DNA of 64,000 nt from contig OY759729.1 in NCBI GenBank assembly GCA_963662585.1, positions 864,001 through 928,000 on the forward strand, given 5' to 3'. Below are positions 40,018-49,722 of the stretch, in pieces (position 1 is the first letter of the stretch; each line of letters begins with the position of its first letter). Both the position numbers and the translations under genes were made by a program. This DNA is from Candidatus Cloacimonadales bacterium (GTDB lineage Bacteria > Cloacimonadota > Cloacimonadia > Cloacimonadales > JAFGVF01). The notes beneath the pieces were generated by a model, which was not told the DNA's origin, searched no databases, and saw only the letters and a program-made list of their open reading frames with translations.

Positions 40018-40743
40018 ATGAAAATATATATAATTTCAGATACTCATATAAAATTTGTTGAGAAAGAAGAAGATAGATCTCGCCGAGAAAGAGTCTCTTC
40101 ATTTTTGCAAAATCTCCCTCAAGATACAGACTTGCTAATTCTAAATGGAGATATATTTGATTTATGGTTCGATTGGAATAGTGTAATTATCGCTGGATAC
40201 TATGATTTTATTCATGAGCTTAAAGCTGTAATTAGTCGTGGTATCAGAATTGTTATGCTAGCTGGCAATCATGATTTTTGGTTCAATGGTTTCTTAGAAA
40301 GATTAGGTATAGAAATATATTCAGACTACTTTATTACTATGGATAAGCAGACACAAATTTATGTTACTCATGGAGATAAATATACCTCAAATGATTTCCG
40401 CTACTTCATCTTTAGAAATTTGCTAAGGAATCCTGTAACTAAATTTATTTTTAATTTAGTTCATCCAGAATTATCTCTGAATATTGGAAAGATGCTCTCA
40501 CGCTCAAGTCGCGATAGACAAGATTCTCCCCTAATAATCAAGAAGAAGAACCAAGGATTAGTGAAATTTGCTGAAAAAAAGATTGGAGATGGTTATCAGA
40601 TAGTTTCGATGGGCCATGCTCATAACCCTCAGAAATTAAAAATCAATGATGGTTTTTATCTAAATAGTGGAGATTGGATTATCCATAATAGCTATATTGA
40701 AATAATCGATGGAAATGCAGAATTAAAATTTTACAATAAATAA
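40018..40743 (+). CDS. lpxH: UDP-2,3-diacylglucosamine diphosphatase (LpxH-like metallophosphoesterase)
   Basis: SDTH, GDIFDLW, GNHD, HGD, GHAH and NSGDW motifs. Confidence 0.75.
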   Translation: MKIYIISDTHIKFVEKEEDRSRRERVSSFLQNLPQDTDLLILNGDIFDLWFDWNSVIIAGYYDFIHELKAVISRGIRIVMLAGNHDFWFNGFLERLGIEIYSDYFITMDKQTQIYVTHGDKYTSNDFRYFIFRNLLRNPVTKFIFNLVHPELSLNIGKMLSRSSRDRQDSPLIIKKKNQGLVKFAEKKIGDGYQIVSMGHAHNPQKLKINDGFYLNSGDWIIHNSYIEIIDGNAELKFYNK

Positions 40744-40760
40744 AAAAAACGGAGGAATAA

Positions 40761-41555
40761 ATGAGAATTTTAAAAGTAATACTAATTAGTGTAATCTTAT
40801 TAAGCTTAAGTTTATCACTTAGTGCCAAAAATGTCCAAGCTGTTATCAAAACTAATCAAGGAGATATTGAGGTTGAACTTACTAAAGATCTAACCCCTAA
40901 AACTGTAGATAATTTCATTAAACTAGCTAATAAAGGATTCTATGAAGGAATTTATTTCCACAGAGTAATCCCTGATTTTATGATTCAAGGTGGTGATCCT
41001 AACACTCTTAATGATGATAGAGGTGATGATGGAACGGGTGGACCTGGCTATAAATTCAAGGATGAAACATATTCTACTGATGGTGGTAAGAAACTCACCG
41101 GAAAGATAACTTCTGAAGAAGATGTTATTCGCCTTTATCAAGAAGTTTTAGTCCCTTATATGCAAAAGAACAGAGACAAGGCTGATAAAGATATTGCTAG
41201 TATTATGGATAAAGTAGCTTCTGCCCAATCAGGAGCACCAATCATGGAACATAATTATGAATATTACTATGATAAAACTAATTCCCAACCATTAATGACA
41301 AAAGGGAAATTAATTGCAAGTGTAGATTATGCTACTCTTTGTATGGCTAATTCAGGGGCAAACACTAACGGTTCTCAATTCTTCATCGTTACTAAAGAAG
41401 GTGGAGCTTCTTGGCTTAATGGCAAGCATACTGTTTTTGGTAAAGTAACAAAAGGTATGGATATAGTTCATAAAATTGAAAAGTTGCCAAGAGATAATAG
41501 AGATAATCCTCTTCCTGATAATCAAGCTATTATTGAGAAAGTGATAATCAAGTAA
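40761..41555 (+). CDS. Secreted cyclophilin-type peptidyl-prolyl isomerase with internal insertion
   Basis: Signal peptide; FHRVIPDFMIQGGDP, MANSGANTNGSQFFI and WLNGKHTVFG motifs. Confidence 0.9.
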   Translation: MRILKVILISVILLSLSLSLSAKNVQAVIKTNQGDIEVELTKDLTPKTVDNFIKLANKGFYEGIYFHRVIPDFMIQGGDPNTLNDDRGDDGTGGPGYKFKDETYSTDGGKKLTGKITSEEDVIRLYQEVLVPYMQKNRDKADKDIASIMDKVASAQSGAPIMEHNYEYYYDKTNSQPLMTKGKLIASVDYATLCMANSGANTNGSQFFIVTKEGGASWLNGKHTVFGKVTKGMDIVHKIEKLPRDNRDNPLPDNQAIIEKVIIK

Positions 41556-41752
41556 TGAAAGTTCTTTACACTTTTGTAGATAGCAATGGTGCTAAGAGTC
41601 ATGTTGTTATTAGTAAAATTCGTAAAGTAGCCCTAACTTTAGGGAGCATTGTTTTGCAGTATGATAATGGTGATACTGACACTTATGATGTTGAAAATGG
41701 AACTGAAGTTCTTCATGAAATTTTAAATTCTCTAGAAGAATACTATAAATAG
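41555..41752 (+). CDS. Small hypothetical protein
   Basis: TAATG overlap with the cyclophilin gene; plausible protein composition. Confidence 0.6.
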   Translation: MKVLYTFVDSNGAKSHVVISKIRKVALTLGSIVLQYDNGDTDTYDVENGTEVLHEILNSLEEYYK

Positions 41753-41811
41753 ATTACTTATCTTGAGCAGGAGATTGATTCTTTTATTAATCTCCTGTCT
41801 TCATTTTACTT

Positions 41812-42504
41812 ATGAATAAAAAAATAGAAAACCAAATAAGAAATATTCTTGAAGCAAGTAATCAAAAATGGCAGTTAATAGATCCTTCTGAAACCGTAGT
41901 TTTTGCAATTTCTGGTGGAAAGGATTCCCTCTCTCTTTTAGCAATTTTACGGGAATATTTCACAGATTTTAAAGCAGTTCATATTGCTATTTCTTCACAT
42001 TCAGACTTATCTTTTATTCCTTTTGTAGAAAAATTTACCCAGCTTGCAGTCATAGAAAAAGAGATTATGCTGGAAGCTAAAGCTTCAACTAAAAATCCAT
42101 GTTTTATTTGTAGTAGAAGAAGAAACCAAGCTATTTTCGAGTATGCTCACAGTTTGGGAATTCGAAAAGTTCTCTTTGCTCATAATAGAGAAGATGTCAT
42201 GGAAACACTTCTGATGAATATGCTTTATTCTAGAAAAATATCTACGATGCTACCTAAACAAACTCTTTTCCAAGGTAAAATAGAAGTAGTAAGACCCTTT
42301 TATGAAGTCCCTGAGATATTACTCTCTAATTATGCTAAAGAAATCCCTGTAATAGCGAAATCGTGTGATTTTGATGGTAAGACTAAAAGAGAGTATATCA
42401 AGAAACTCATTAACCAAATATCTCAAGACCATCCCGATATAAATATCAATAATAATCTATATAATTCTATCCTTAACATAGATTTAGAGCATTTACCAAA
42501 ATAA
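41812..42504 (+). CDS. ttcA: TtcA-like PP-loop tRNA thiolase
   Basis: SGGKDS, CFICSRRR and AHNREDVMET motifs. Confidence 0.7.
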   Translation: MNKKIENQIRNILEASNQKWQLIDPSETVVFAISGGKDSLSLLAILREYFTDFKAVHIAISSHSDLSFIPFVEKFTQLAVIEKEIMLEAKASTKNPCFICSRRRNQAIFEYAHSLGIRKVLFAHNREDVMETLLMNMLYSRKISTMLPKQTLFQGKIEVVRPFYEVPEILLSNYAKEIPVIAKSCDFDGKTKREYIKKLINQISQDHPDININNNLYNSILNIDLEHLPK

Positions 42505-42559
42505 CATTTTAAGCACTAATCAATAAGTCATTATATGCATATCCAATAATCTCTCCCTT

Positions 42560-42628
42560 CTCTTTCTCACTAAACACTATTAAATATCAAATAATATTTG
42601 TCTTGAGTGAGAAAGAGCAGAGGACGAT
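42560..42628. repeat. Imperfect palindromic intergenic element (copy 2 of 3)
   Basis: 12-bp perfect stem CTCTTTCTCACT / AGTGAGAAAGAG; tail GAGCAGAGGACGAT resembles 59930-59946. Confidence 0.5.
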
Positions 42629-42666
42629 AAGCTAGCCTTGAGCATAGAATGGATACGGGGCTTCTT

Positions 42667-42855
42667 AACTGGGAATGTGGGCATCCCGGCCCGTTATCAT
42701 TGTGCAAACAATGATATTAACTGGGAATGTGGGCATCCCTGCCCGCTATCATTGTGCTAACAATGATATTGTCATAAATCCCAAAGGGATTAAAGATTAA
42801 CAGGCTGAAATACAGCCTGTCGGATTCACGGACTAAAGGTCCGTAACCCCAGTTA
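42667..42855. repeat. Second mosaic REP-like cluster
   Basis: Two 52-bp units AACTGGGAATGTGGGCATCCC.GCCCG..ATCATTGTGC.AACAATGATATT (42667, 42719). 42801-42819 and 42823-42855 are exact reverse complements of 15170-15188 and 15103-15135. Confidence 0.85.
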
Positions 42856-43100
42856 TTAAATCCCAAAAGAATGCTATTCGTCAGCAAGAGGTGTAAGCCC
42901 CTTGAAATTATACCACACAAGAGTGGTTCAAAGCCTTAGCGGAGAACTAGGAAACAATAAGAAAATTGCTGAAAAATCGGTCAAATTATTTAGGACTGGT
43001 AGGCGACATGTATTAGATAAGCAATTTTGGAAGCATATAAATCCTATTTAACCCCTTCAGGTTTAGGTTTTTATGGGGAATCTTTAACCAGGTCTAAATA

Positions 43101-43991
43101 TTATTTCCTAAATCCTAATTCATTTAAAGAAGAATTATTTTTTCGCCAGTTCTTCTTTATTTTTACAAAGAGTTCAATTGTTACTGCTTTCCCAATAAAG
43201 TTTCTTAATTCCCGTTGAGCATCAAGTCTAACTTTCTTAATAGAAGCTCCCCCCTTGCCAATAACAATAGGTTTCTGCGAGCTTCTTTCTATCCAAATAG
43301 TAGCAGCAATAGTAACTCTTTCCTCATCTTCTTGATAGCTTTCGATTAATGCTGCAGTAGAATAAGGTATTTCATCACCATAATTTAAGAATATTTTTTC
43401 TCTAATAATTTCTTGAGCAAAGAAACGCATAGGTAAATCGGAGAGATTCTCAGGGTCATAGAGAGGAGGTGAATAAGGAAGCATATCGGCAAAGATATCT
43501 AATAATTCTCCTGTTTTTTCTCCCTTGAGTGCTGAAATACCTTCTGCACGATCAAAGATTGTTCTAAGCATTCCTAGTTTTTCATCAATGACTTCTTGAG
43601 TTACTAAATCAATCTTGTTAAGGAGAGCTATTTTAGGTGTTCTGAATGATTTTAATTCAGCCAATAACTCTTTATCATAATCAGTAGGAAAGTGATTAGC
43701 ATCAGTGATAAAGACAATCAAATCAGAATCTTTAAGAGAGTTCTTGATGATATCTAACATTCTGTTGTGCAATTCATATCTAGGCTTTAAAAAACCTGGA
43801 GTGTCGACAAAGATAATCTGTTTTTTCTCATCTGAGTAAAAACCTTTTAGACTCTGTCTTGTAGTTTGTGGTTTAGAAGATATAATTGAGAGTTTAATCC
43901 CAATTAGATGATTCATTAATGTTGATTTACCAACATTTGGTTTTCCTATAATGGCTACGAAACCACATTTATATTTGTCTAGATCTATCAT
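43101..43991 (-). CDS. era: GTPase Era
   Basis: GKPNVGKSTL, QTTR, DTPG, NKID and KH domain VIGKGG. Confidence 0.95.
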   Translation of the reverse strand: MIDLDKYKCGFVAIIGKPNVGKSTLMNHLIGIKLSIISSKPQTTRQSLKGFYSDEKKQIIFVDTPGFLKPRYELHNRMLDIIKNSLKDSDLIVFITDANHFPTDYDKELLAELKSFRTPKIALLNKIDLVTQEVIDEKLGMLRTIFDRAEGISALKGEKTGELLDIFADMLPYSPPLYDPENLSDLPMRFFAQEIIREKIFLNYGDEIPYSTAALIESYQEDEERVTIAATIWIERSSQKPIVIGKGGASIKKVRLDAQRELRNFIGKAVTIELFVKIKKNWRKNNSSLNELGFRK

Positions 43992-44185
43992 GATACCTCA
44001 TTTTGTTTGGTCTGGAAATAATTTGACCGATTTTTTGCAATAATCTTCTTCTTTTTCTTTGTCCGCTATCACGGCCAAGCTCTTTCTAGGGGGATTATCT
44101 TCAAGTGTCTTGCGACCACTCTCTCTTAGATGCTATCCCTCTAGCTCTTTGTTTCTTCAAATTCTCTATTCAGGATTTATCCAGC

Positions 44186-44791
44186 CTATCCCCTATACAT
44201 CATTTGGATAAGTAGGATCTTTTGTTTAGGTGTAGCAGGAAGATATCTTGCTCTCCTAATATCTTCTTTTAGTTGAAGATCATAAAAGTAGGTATGGTCG
44301 TCGACTATATTAAACTGAATAATTGCCTCAAACTTAACATTCTCAAGGGTTAGTTTGCCGACAACAGATACGATTTGAGTAATCCCATCATCTGCTTGTC
44401 TATAAGACCAGTTCTGTTTTTTCATATCATATCCCAGAACATTATTTACAGCTAAACCAATTGTTTTATTGCTATAATCAATATCTGTGAAATTACTATG
44501 ATCCCAAAAAGAGTTGGGAAGAATTAAAAGAAATGATTTTCTTACTTGATCAATTTTCATTTCGCTAACATTTACAGAATCTTGGACTACAACGCTTAAA
44601 TTGCGATTATTCACTTGAAATGGAAGATCCACTAGTTTATTAACCACTAAGATGATGACAGTAGCAAAGAAGAAACATAGAATAGCAAAAATAATAATGC
44701 TATTCTTAGGAATTAATGCTTCTTTCTGTTTAGATTTAGACTTTCTCTTAGATTCTTTCTCCAAGACATCAGACATGTCAATCTTGCTCAT
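44186..44791 (-). CDS. Hypothetical single-TM membrane protein
   Basis: Basic N-terminus then one TM helix; overlaps the miaB stop. Confidence 0.6.
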   Translation of the reverse strand: MSKIDMSDVLEKESKRKSKSKQKEALIPKNSIIIFAILCFFFATVIILVVNKLVDLPFQVNNRNLSVVVQDSVNVSEMKIDQVRKSFLLILPNSFWDHSNFTDIDYSNKTIGLAVNNVLGYDMKKQNWSYRQADDGITQIVSVVGKLTLENVKFEAIIQFNIVDDHTYFYDLQLKEDIRRARYLPATPKQKILLIQMMYRG

Positions 44792-46073
44792 ACTTTACTC
44801 CAATAAGAGTTCCTGCAGTAGCATCAGTTATTTTAACTTTTACGAATTTCCCGATTAAGTCTGCACTACCAGGGAATACACATATTTTGAAATCATCAGT
44901 TTTACCCGAAACTTCTTCAGCTGATTTTTTGGAAAGATTCTCTACTAATACTTCAACGACATTACCTATTTGCTTTTGGTATTTCTCTAAAGTAATTTTG
45001 CGTTGCATTTCGATAAGTCTCTGCAATCTATCTAGTCTAATTGCCTCTGGAACTTGGTCTGTAAATTCAGCAGCTTTGGTTCCACGACGAGGAGAATATT
45101 TATACATAAAAGCATAATCAAACTCTATCTTGGCCATGAGATTATAAGTATCCATAAATTGCTCTTCACTCTCACCTGAGAAGCCAGCAATAACATCAGT
45201 AGTAATCGCTATATCAGGCATCACTTCCCGCAATTTCAGGATTCTATTATAGAAATGCTCCGAAGTATAACCACGATTCATTCTTTTAAGAATCTCAGTG
45301 TTACCACTTTGCATAGCAAAATGAATATTTTTACACACTTTATCAGATTCTTTCATGGCGTAGATTAATTCATCTGAAAGATCTTTAGGGTGAGAAGTAA
45401 CGAATCTAATTCTTTTTATAGAATCTATCTTATTTATCTCTCTGATTAAATCAGGGAATTTTATCCCTTCAAAATCATAAGAATTAACATTTTGTCCTAA
45501 GAGAGTGATATCTGGAAAACCCTTATCACCAGCTTCTTTTACCTCAGTGAGAATATCAGAAATTGGTCTAGACCTTTCTCTACCTCTAGTGTAAGGAACA
45601 ATACAATAAGAACAGAAGTTATTGCATCCTCGCATGATAGTAACAAAAGCATTAAGTTTTCCTTGGCGAGTTGGGTAGATATCATTATATATTTCTTCTT
45701 TATTAAAATCAGCAGCTATTCTTTCTGAATCAGAAGCAAGAAGATGAGGAATTTCACTGTATTGGTCAACACCAACAACAAAATCAATTCCATCTTGAAT
45801 TTCCATAAGCTCTTCTTGAAGTCTCTGGGCCATACAGCCAATAACACCTATTCTAAGTCCTGGATTACTTCGCTTACGAGATTTTTCATTAGCTATCCTG
45901 CCCAAAACTCTCTCTTCAGCATGTTGTCTTACTGAACAGGTATTGAAGATTATGATATCAGCTTCATCTAAAGTTGTGGCCTCTTGATAGCCATTATTTA
46001 TCAAAATTGTGGTTACTAATTCACTGTCTGCTATATTCATTTGACAGCCATAAGTCTCTATGTAAAATCTCAT
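44778..46073 (-). CDS. miaB: tRNA-2-methylthio-N6-dimethylallyladenosine synthase
   Basis: TYGCQMN, NTCSVR, radical SAM CNNFCSYC and C-terminal TRAM domain. Confidence 0.95.
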   Translation of the reverse strand: MRFYIETYGCQMNIADSELVTTILINNGYQEATTLDEADIIIFNTCSVRQHAEERVLGRIANEKSRKRSNPGLRIGVIGCMAQRLQEELMEIQDGIDFVVGVDQYSEIPHLLASDSERIAADFNKEEIYNDIYPTRQGKLNAFVTIMRGCNNFCSYCIVPYTRGRERSRPISDILTEVKEAGDKGFPDITLLGQNVNSYDFEGIKFPDLIREINKIDSIKRIRFVTSHPKDLSDELIYAMKESDKVCKNIHFAMQSGNTEILKRMNRGYTSEHFYNRILKLREVMPDIAITTDVIAGFSGESEEQFMDTYNLMAKIEFDYAFMYKYSPRRGTKAAEFTDQVPEAIRLDRLQRLIEMQRKITLEKYQKQIGNVVEVLVENLSKKSAEEVSGKTDDFKICVFPGSADLIGKFVKVKITDATAGTLIGVKYEQD

Positions 46074-46081
46074 TTTATCCT

Positions 46082-46867
46082 CTATACATTAATTATCGGA
46101 GTAGGTCTATGTTGATTAGCAATAAATAAATTTACTTCTGCTTTAATTTCTTTTAGGTAGGAACTCATCTCTTTAAAAGCTAACTCGGGAGTATTATTTG
46201 CTTCTGATAAGTGAGCTAAGATAAGATTGCTTAAGCCTGGATGCATCATCTGACTTACCACTGCTACAGCTTGCTTATTGGAAAGATGTCCTCTAATACT
46301 TTTTACTCGTTGTTTTAATTCCCAAGAGTAGGAACCATTCAAGAGAATAACTTCATCATGATTACTCTCCAAAACTAAGGTAGTTACTTCTTTAATTTTG
46401 TTAAGCAGTAATTTAGAAGCAAAGCCTAAATCTGTTGCTATAGCTAACTTCTGTTTAGTGTTATCCAGCTGTTCAAAAAGAAAATTGCTACTATCTATAG
46501 CATCGTGAGAGGAGCTAAAAGAGCTTACTTTTATATCTCCAATGACAAAATCATCTCCTACGCAAAAATAGATTGGAGCTTGGTTTAACTTACCTAATTT
46601 GCTATAACATCTAGAATAGGTTGCTTCGGTGAAGTAGATAGGAATATTAAGTTTTCTACTGATAATTCCTGCCCCATTTACATGGTCGCTATGTTCATGA
46701 GAGATAACAACTCCGTTAAGTTTACTTGGATCAACGCCAATCTCTTCCATAGCACTAAATATTTTCTTTGCTGAAAGTCCTGCATCTAAAAGAAGATAAG
46801 TGTCATCAGTGAAAATTAAGTTTGCATTTCCTTTACTCCCACTTAATAATACAGAAGTCCTTAACAT
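46082..46867 (-). CDS. MBL-fold metallohydrolase (YycJ/WalJ-like)
   Basis: SGSKGN, SHEHSDH, LESNHD, GHLSN and AHLSEANN motifs. Confidence 0.85.
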   Translation of the reverse strand: MLRTSVLLSGSKGNANLIFTDDTYLLLDAGLSAKKIFSAMEEIGVDPSKLNGVVISHEHSDHVNGAGIISRKLNIPIYFTEATYSRCYSKLGKLNQAPIYFCVGDDFVIGDIKVSSFSSSHDAIDSSNFLFEQLDNTKQKLAIATDLGFASKLLLNKIKEVTTLVLESNHDEVILLNGSYSWELKQRVKSIRGHLSNKQAVAVVSQMMHPGLSNLILAHLSEANNTPELAFKEMSSYLKEIKAEVNLFIANQHRPTPIINV

Positions 46868-46870
46868 CGA

Positions 46871-47812
46871 TTACCCTTTATAATAGAACTTTTGGTTTAA
46901 CTTATCAAATTCAGACCATTTAGAATTATCAGAACTTGCTTCAATAATTTGCTTTACACCTGTTACCTGAGCATCCATATTATCTGCAAGGTGCAGTAAA
47001 TGTGCTTCTAAAGTTTGAGGTAATCTCACAGAACCCTTTTCATATTCTCCATGATGAGCTAAGACCATGTGTCTCAATTTCATCAAAAGTTCTTTGGGGA
47101 ATAAATCTATCTTACTTGCATTTTCAGTAATCATTCTATCAACCATAACAAAATGTCCGATTAATCTTCCTTCATCAGAGAAATCAATTCCTATTGCAGA
47201 ATCATACTCATAAATTTTACCTAAATCATGTAAAATAGCACCTGTAATAACTAAATCTCTGTCAACAGGATATAAGTCACAGGCAAAAGCACAAATTTTG
47301 GTAACAGCTAAGGTGTGTTCTAAAAGTCCTCCAGCATAATTATGATGCCAACTTTTAGCAGCAGGGGAACTTATAAAAAGATTGAGGATTTTTTTGTTTC
47401 CAAATATCTCATTTAGAAGTTTTGAGAGATACTCATTTTGGATAGAATCAACAAATTCAAAGAATCTATCAGTTAATTCGGTGATATCTTTTTTGGTTGA
47501 AGGTATCAATTCAGCCATATCATATTCTTTATCTTCTAAATTGAAAATATCATTGATAGTAATTTGGATATTTTTATTATATTTAATCACCATACCTTGG
47601 ACTTTAATAACATCACCAACTTCGAACATTTCAGATTTAACTGAAGCATTTTTCCAGATGTTGGCTACAACAAAGCCGCTATTATCGGCTAACTTCAATC
47701 TAAGAAAGAAGTCTCTATTTCCCTGTCTAAGGTCTTTTTCAACAACGAGAAAATAGCTATCTATTTCTTGATTTATACAGTTAGCAAGTTCACTAATATT
47801 TATTCTATTCAT
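46871..47812 (-). CDS. yhaM: 3'-5' exoribonuclease YhaM family (OB + HD)
   Basis: PAAKSWHHNYAGGLLEH, LHDLGK, HHG and ADNMDA motifs. Confidence 0.85.
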   Translation of the reverse strand: MNRINISELANCINQEIDSYFLVVEKDLRQGNRDFFLRLKLADNSGFVVANIWKNASVKSEMFEVGDVIKVQGMVIKYNKNIQITINDIFNLEDKEYDMAELIPSTKKDITELTDRFFEFVDSIQNEYLSKLLNEIFGNKKILNLFISSPAAKSWHHNYAGGLLEHTLAVTKICAFACDLYPVDRDLVITGAILHDLGKIYEYDSAIGIDFSDEGRLIGHFVMVDRMITENASKIDLFPKELLMKLRHMVLAHHGEYEKGSVRLPQTLEAHLLHLADNMDAQVTGVKQIIEASSDNSKWSEFDKLNQKFYYKG

Positions 47813-47817
47813 TTTAA

Positions 47818-49722
47818 TTACTCCTTAATTATCAGAAATTTAACAAGAGGTCCTTGTTTATTGGCAGAAGATGAAGCACGAAGAAAATAGACCCCGCTGG
47901 CAATATTTTTATGCAACTTAATAGAGTTATTTTGATTAAGGAATTTCCCTATCTTTTGTCCTCTTAGATTGTATAAAGTATAATATTCAGCACTATTTTT
48001 CTGGGAAGTAGCAATATTTAACACTGCTCCTGTTTTAACCGGATTTGGGTAAACAGAAAAAGCTGGAATACTTGCCACATCTTCATTCTCTTGATTCGAA
48101 ACTAATATATTGTTTTCTAAAGAATATCTACTAAAGCTAATTATCTCATTTGTATCTTCCCGATAAATAATTACATTAGCAAACTTATCTCCATTAGTAG
48201 TTGTATAAAGGCTATCGACATTATCGATATCATAAGTAAATTCAAAATTAGCATTGCCGTCTTCACTTAAGCGATCAAAATCGTAACTTACATCACTTAT
48301 TTCTCCCACAATAAACTCATCACTTTCTTCAGAGTAGTGTCTGGATTTTTGGCTAATAAAGACATCAATTGCCAGATTATTGGTGAAAGTATCAAAGACA
48401 AAGCGATCACCATAATTAAATTCTTTGAAGTATGTTAGCAGGCTCCCATCTTCTTCTAAACCTTCATTAACAGTATTAAAAACTTTAGGTATATAATAAA
48501 TATTATTTTCCAGATTCTCTTCTATAGCTGAATAATTATAGCTATTAAAGTAGTTAGTTCCATTTATGATTGTTAGAGGAAGCAGGTTCACGCCAAAATT
48601 TTGATAGTAATCATAAGAGTAATCTGAATAGAAGAGCTGATCTGAACCATCAATACCACAGTTGAAAATCAACCAATTAGGTTGAGCAAGTTCTCGTTGA
48701 GTTGCCAGCAGACCTTCTGTTACTTGATGATTTCCGGAAATAAAATTCATTATTATTGCAGAATCTGATTCATCTTGAAAATTGCATACTCTAGTAGTAT
48801 TACTGCTAAGCACTACATTAGCTGTATCTCTTCGAAGATAAGAAACAATTTTGTACTGAGAATCTAAAATTGGTAGCTGTAGATATTGAGTTTCACCTGA
48901 ATTTAAATTAAAATCAGCTTGTGGACTTAAATCTAAAGTGAGATGAAGCGAAGTTGGAGGATATGCTTCAGGATTAGGATGTTCAATAGCTATTTCTAAG
49001 TCAGCTGAAGCAATAAATTCTGTAGAATAATTCCTAATCTTACAATCATAAGTCCATAAATCATCATGACTATATTCAATTGCAACCTCTTCAATTACAA
49101 GCCTATCTGTATCATTTTCAATATTTAAAAATCCATCTATTGACATTAGAAATTCTTGGGAGATATTGAGATCATCTAAATTATTAAAAAAGACCTCATT
49201 GCCATCATTAACTTTATAATAGCTATTTTCGCCACTACCTGAAGCAGAAGCCATAAAGTTATTACTGAAATTAGTTGCATTATCCACTAGAACCCATAAA
49301 CCTTCACCTGTATAAGAGCTTGTTAAAGGAAATTCATGCCAGCCTGATTCAGTAATTGTATGATTAAGAACACTAAGTTCAGTAACATTCTCTCCAAAAA
49401 GTGGATCATATTGAGATTCTTCGTTATAACTAAGACCTCTAATGTTTACCTGAGCATCAGGTACTGTCGGAAAATAGATATTTACAGCTGAAATGGTAAT
49501 AGAACTTGCATTAACAATAAAATCACTGGCTACAAATTTCACAGCCCAAGTTTCTGAACCATACCAGTGAGAAATAGCAGTTTCATTCTCATAATATGAA
49601 AGAGAGTAATCTCTGTCATTGACTATGTTCTGATCTGTTTCAATTCTCTCAATAGAGAATAGATTTATCATATTAAACAAACTAACGATAAACAGTAAGC
49701 TAAAAAGTCTTGTTAATTTCAT
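47818..49722 (-). CDS. Secreted protein with C-terminal T9SS-A-like sorting domain
   Basis: Signal peptide; C-terminal VYPNPVK...LYNLRGQ...ASGVYFL...KFLIIK. Confidence 0.7.
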   Translation of the reverse strand: MKLTRLFSLLFIVSLFNMINLFSIERIETDQNIVNDRDYSLSYYENETAISHWYGSETWAVKFVASDFIVNASSITISAVNIYFPTVPDAQVNIRGLSYNEESQYDPLFGENVTELSVLNHTITESGWHEFPLTSSYTGEGLWVLVDNATNFSNNFMASASGSGENSYYKVNDGNEVFFNNLDDLNISQEFLMSIDGFLNIENDTDRLVIEEVAIEYSHDDLWTYDCKIRNYSTEFIASADLEIAIEHPNPEAYPPTSLHLTLDLSPQADFNLNSGETQYLQLPILDSQYKIVSYLRRDTANVVLSSNTTRVCNFQDESDSAIIMNFISGNHQVTEGLLATQRELAQPNWLIFNCGIDGSDQLFYSDYSYDYYQNFGVNLLPLTIINGTNYFNSYNYSAIEENLENNIYYIPKVFNTVNEGLEEDGSLLTYFKEFNYGDRFVFDTFTNNLAIDVFISQKSRHYSEESDEFIVGEISDVSYDFDRLSEDGNANFEFTYDIDNVDSLYTTTNGDKFANVIIYREDTNEIISFSRYSLENNILVSNQENEDVASIPAFSVYPNPVKTGAVLNIATSQKNSAEYYTLYNLRGQKIGKFLNQNNSIKLHKNIASGVYFLRASSSANKQGPLVKFLIIKE

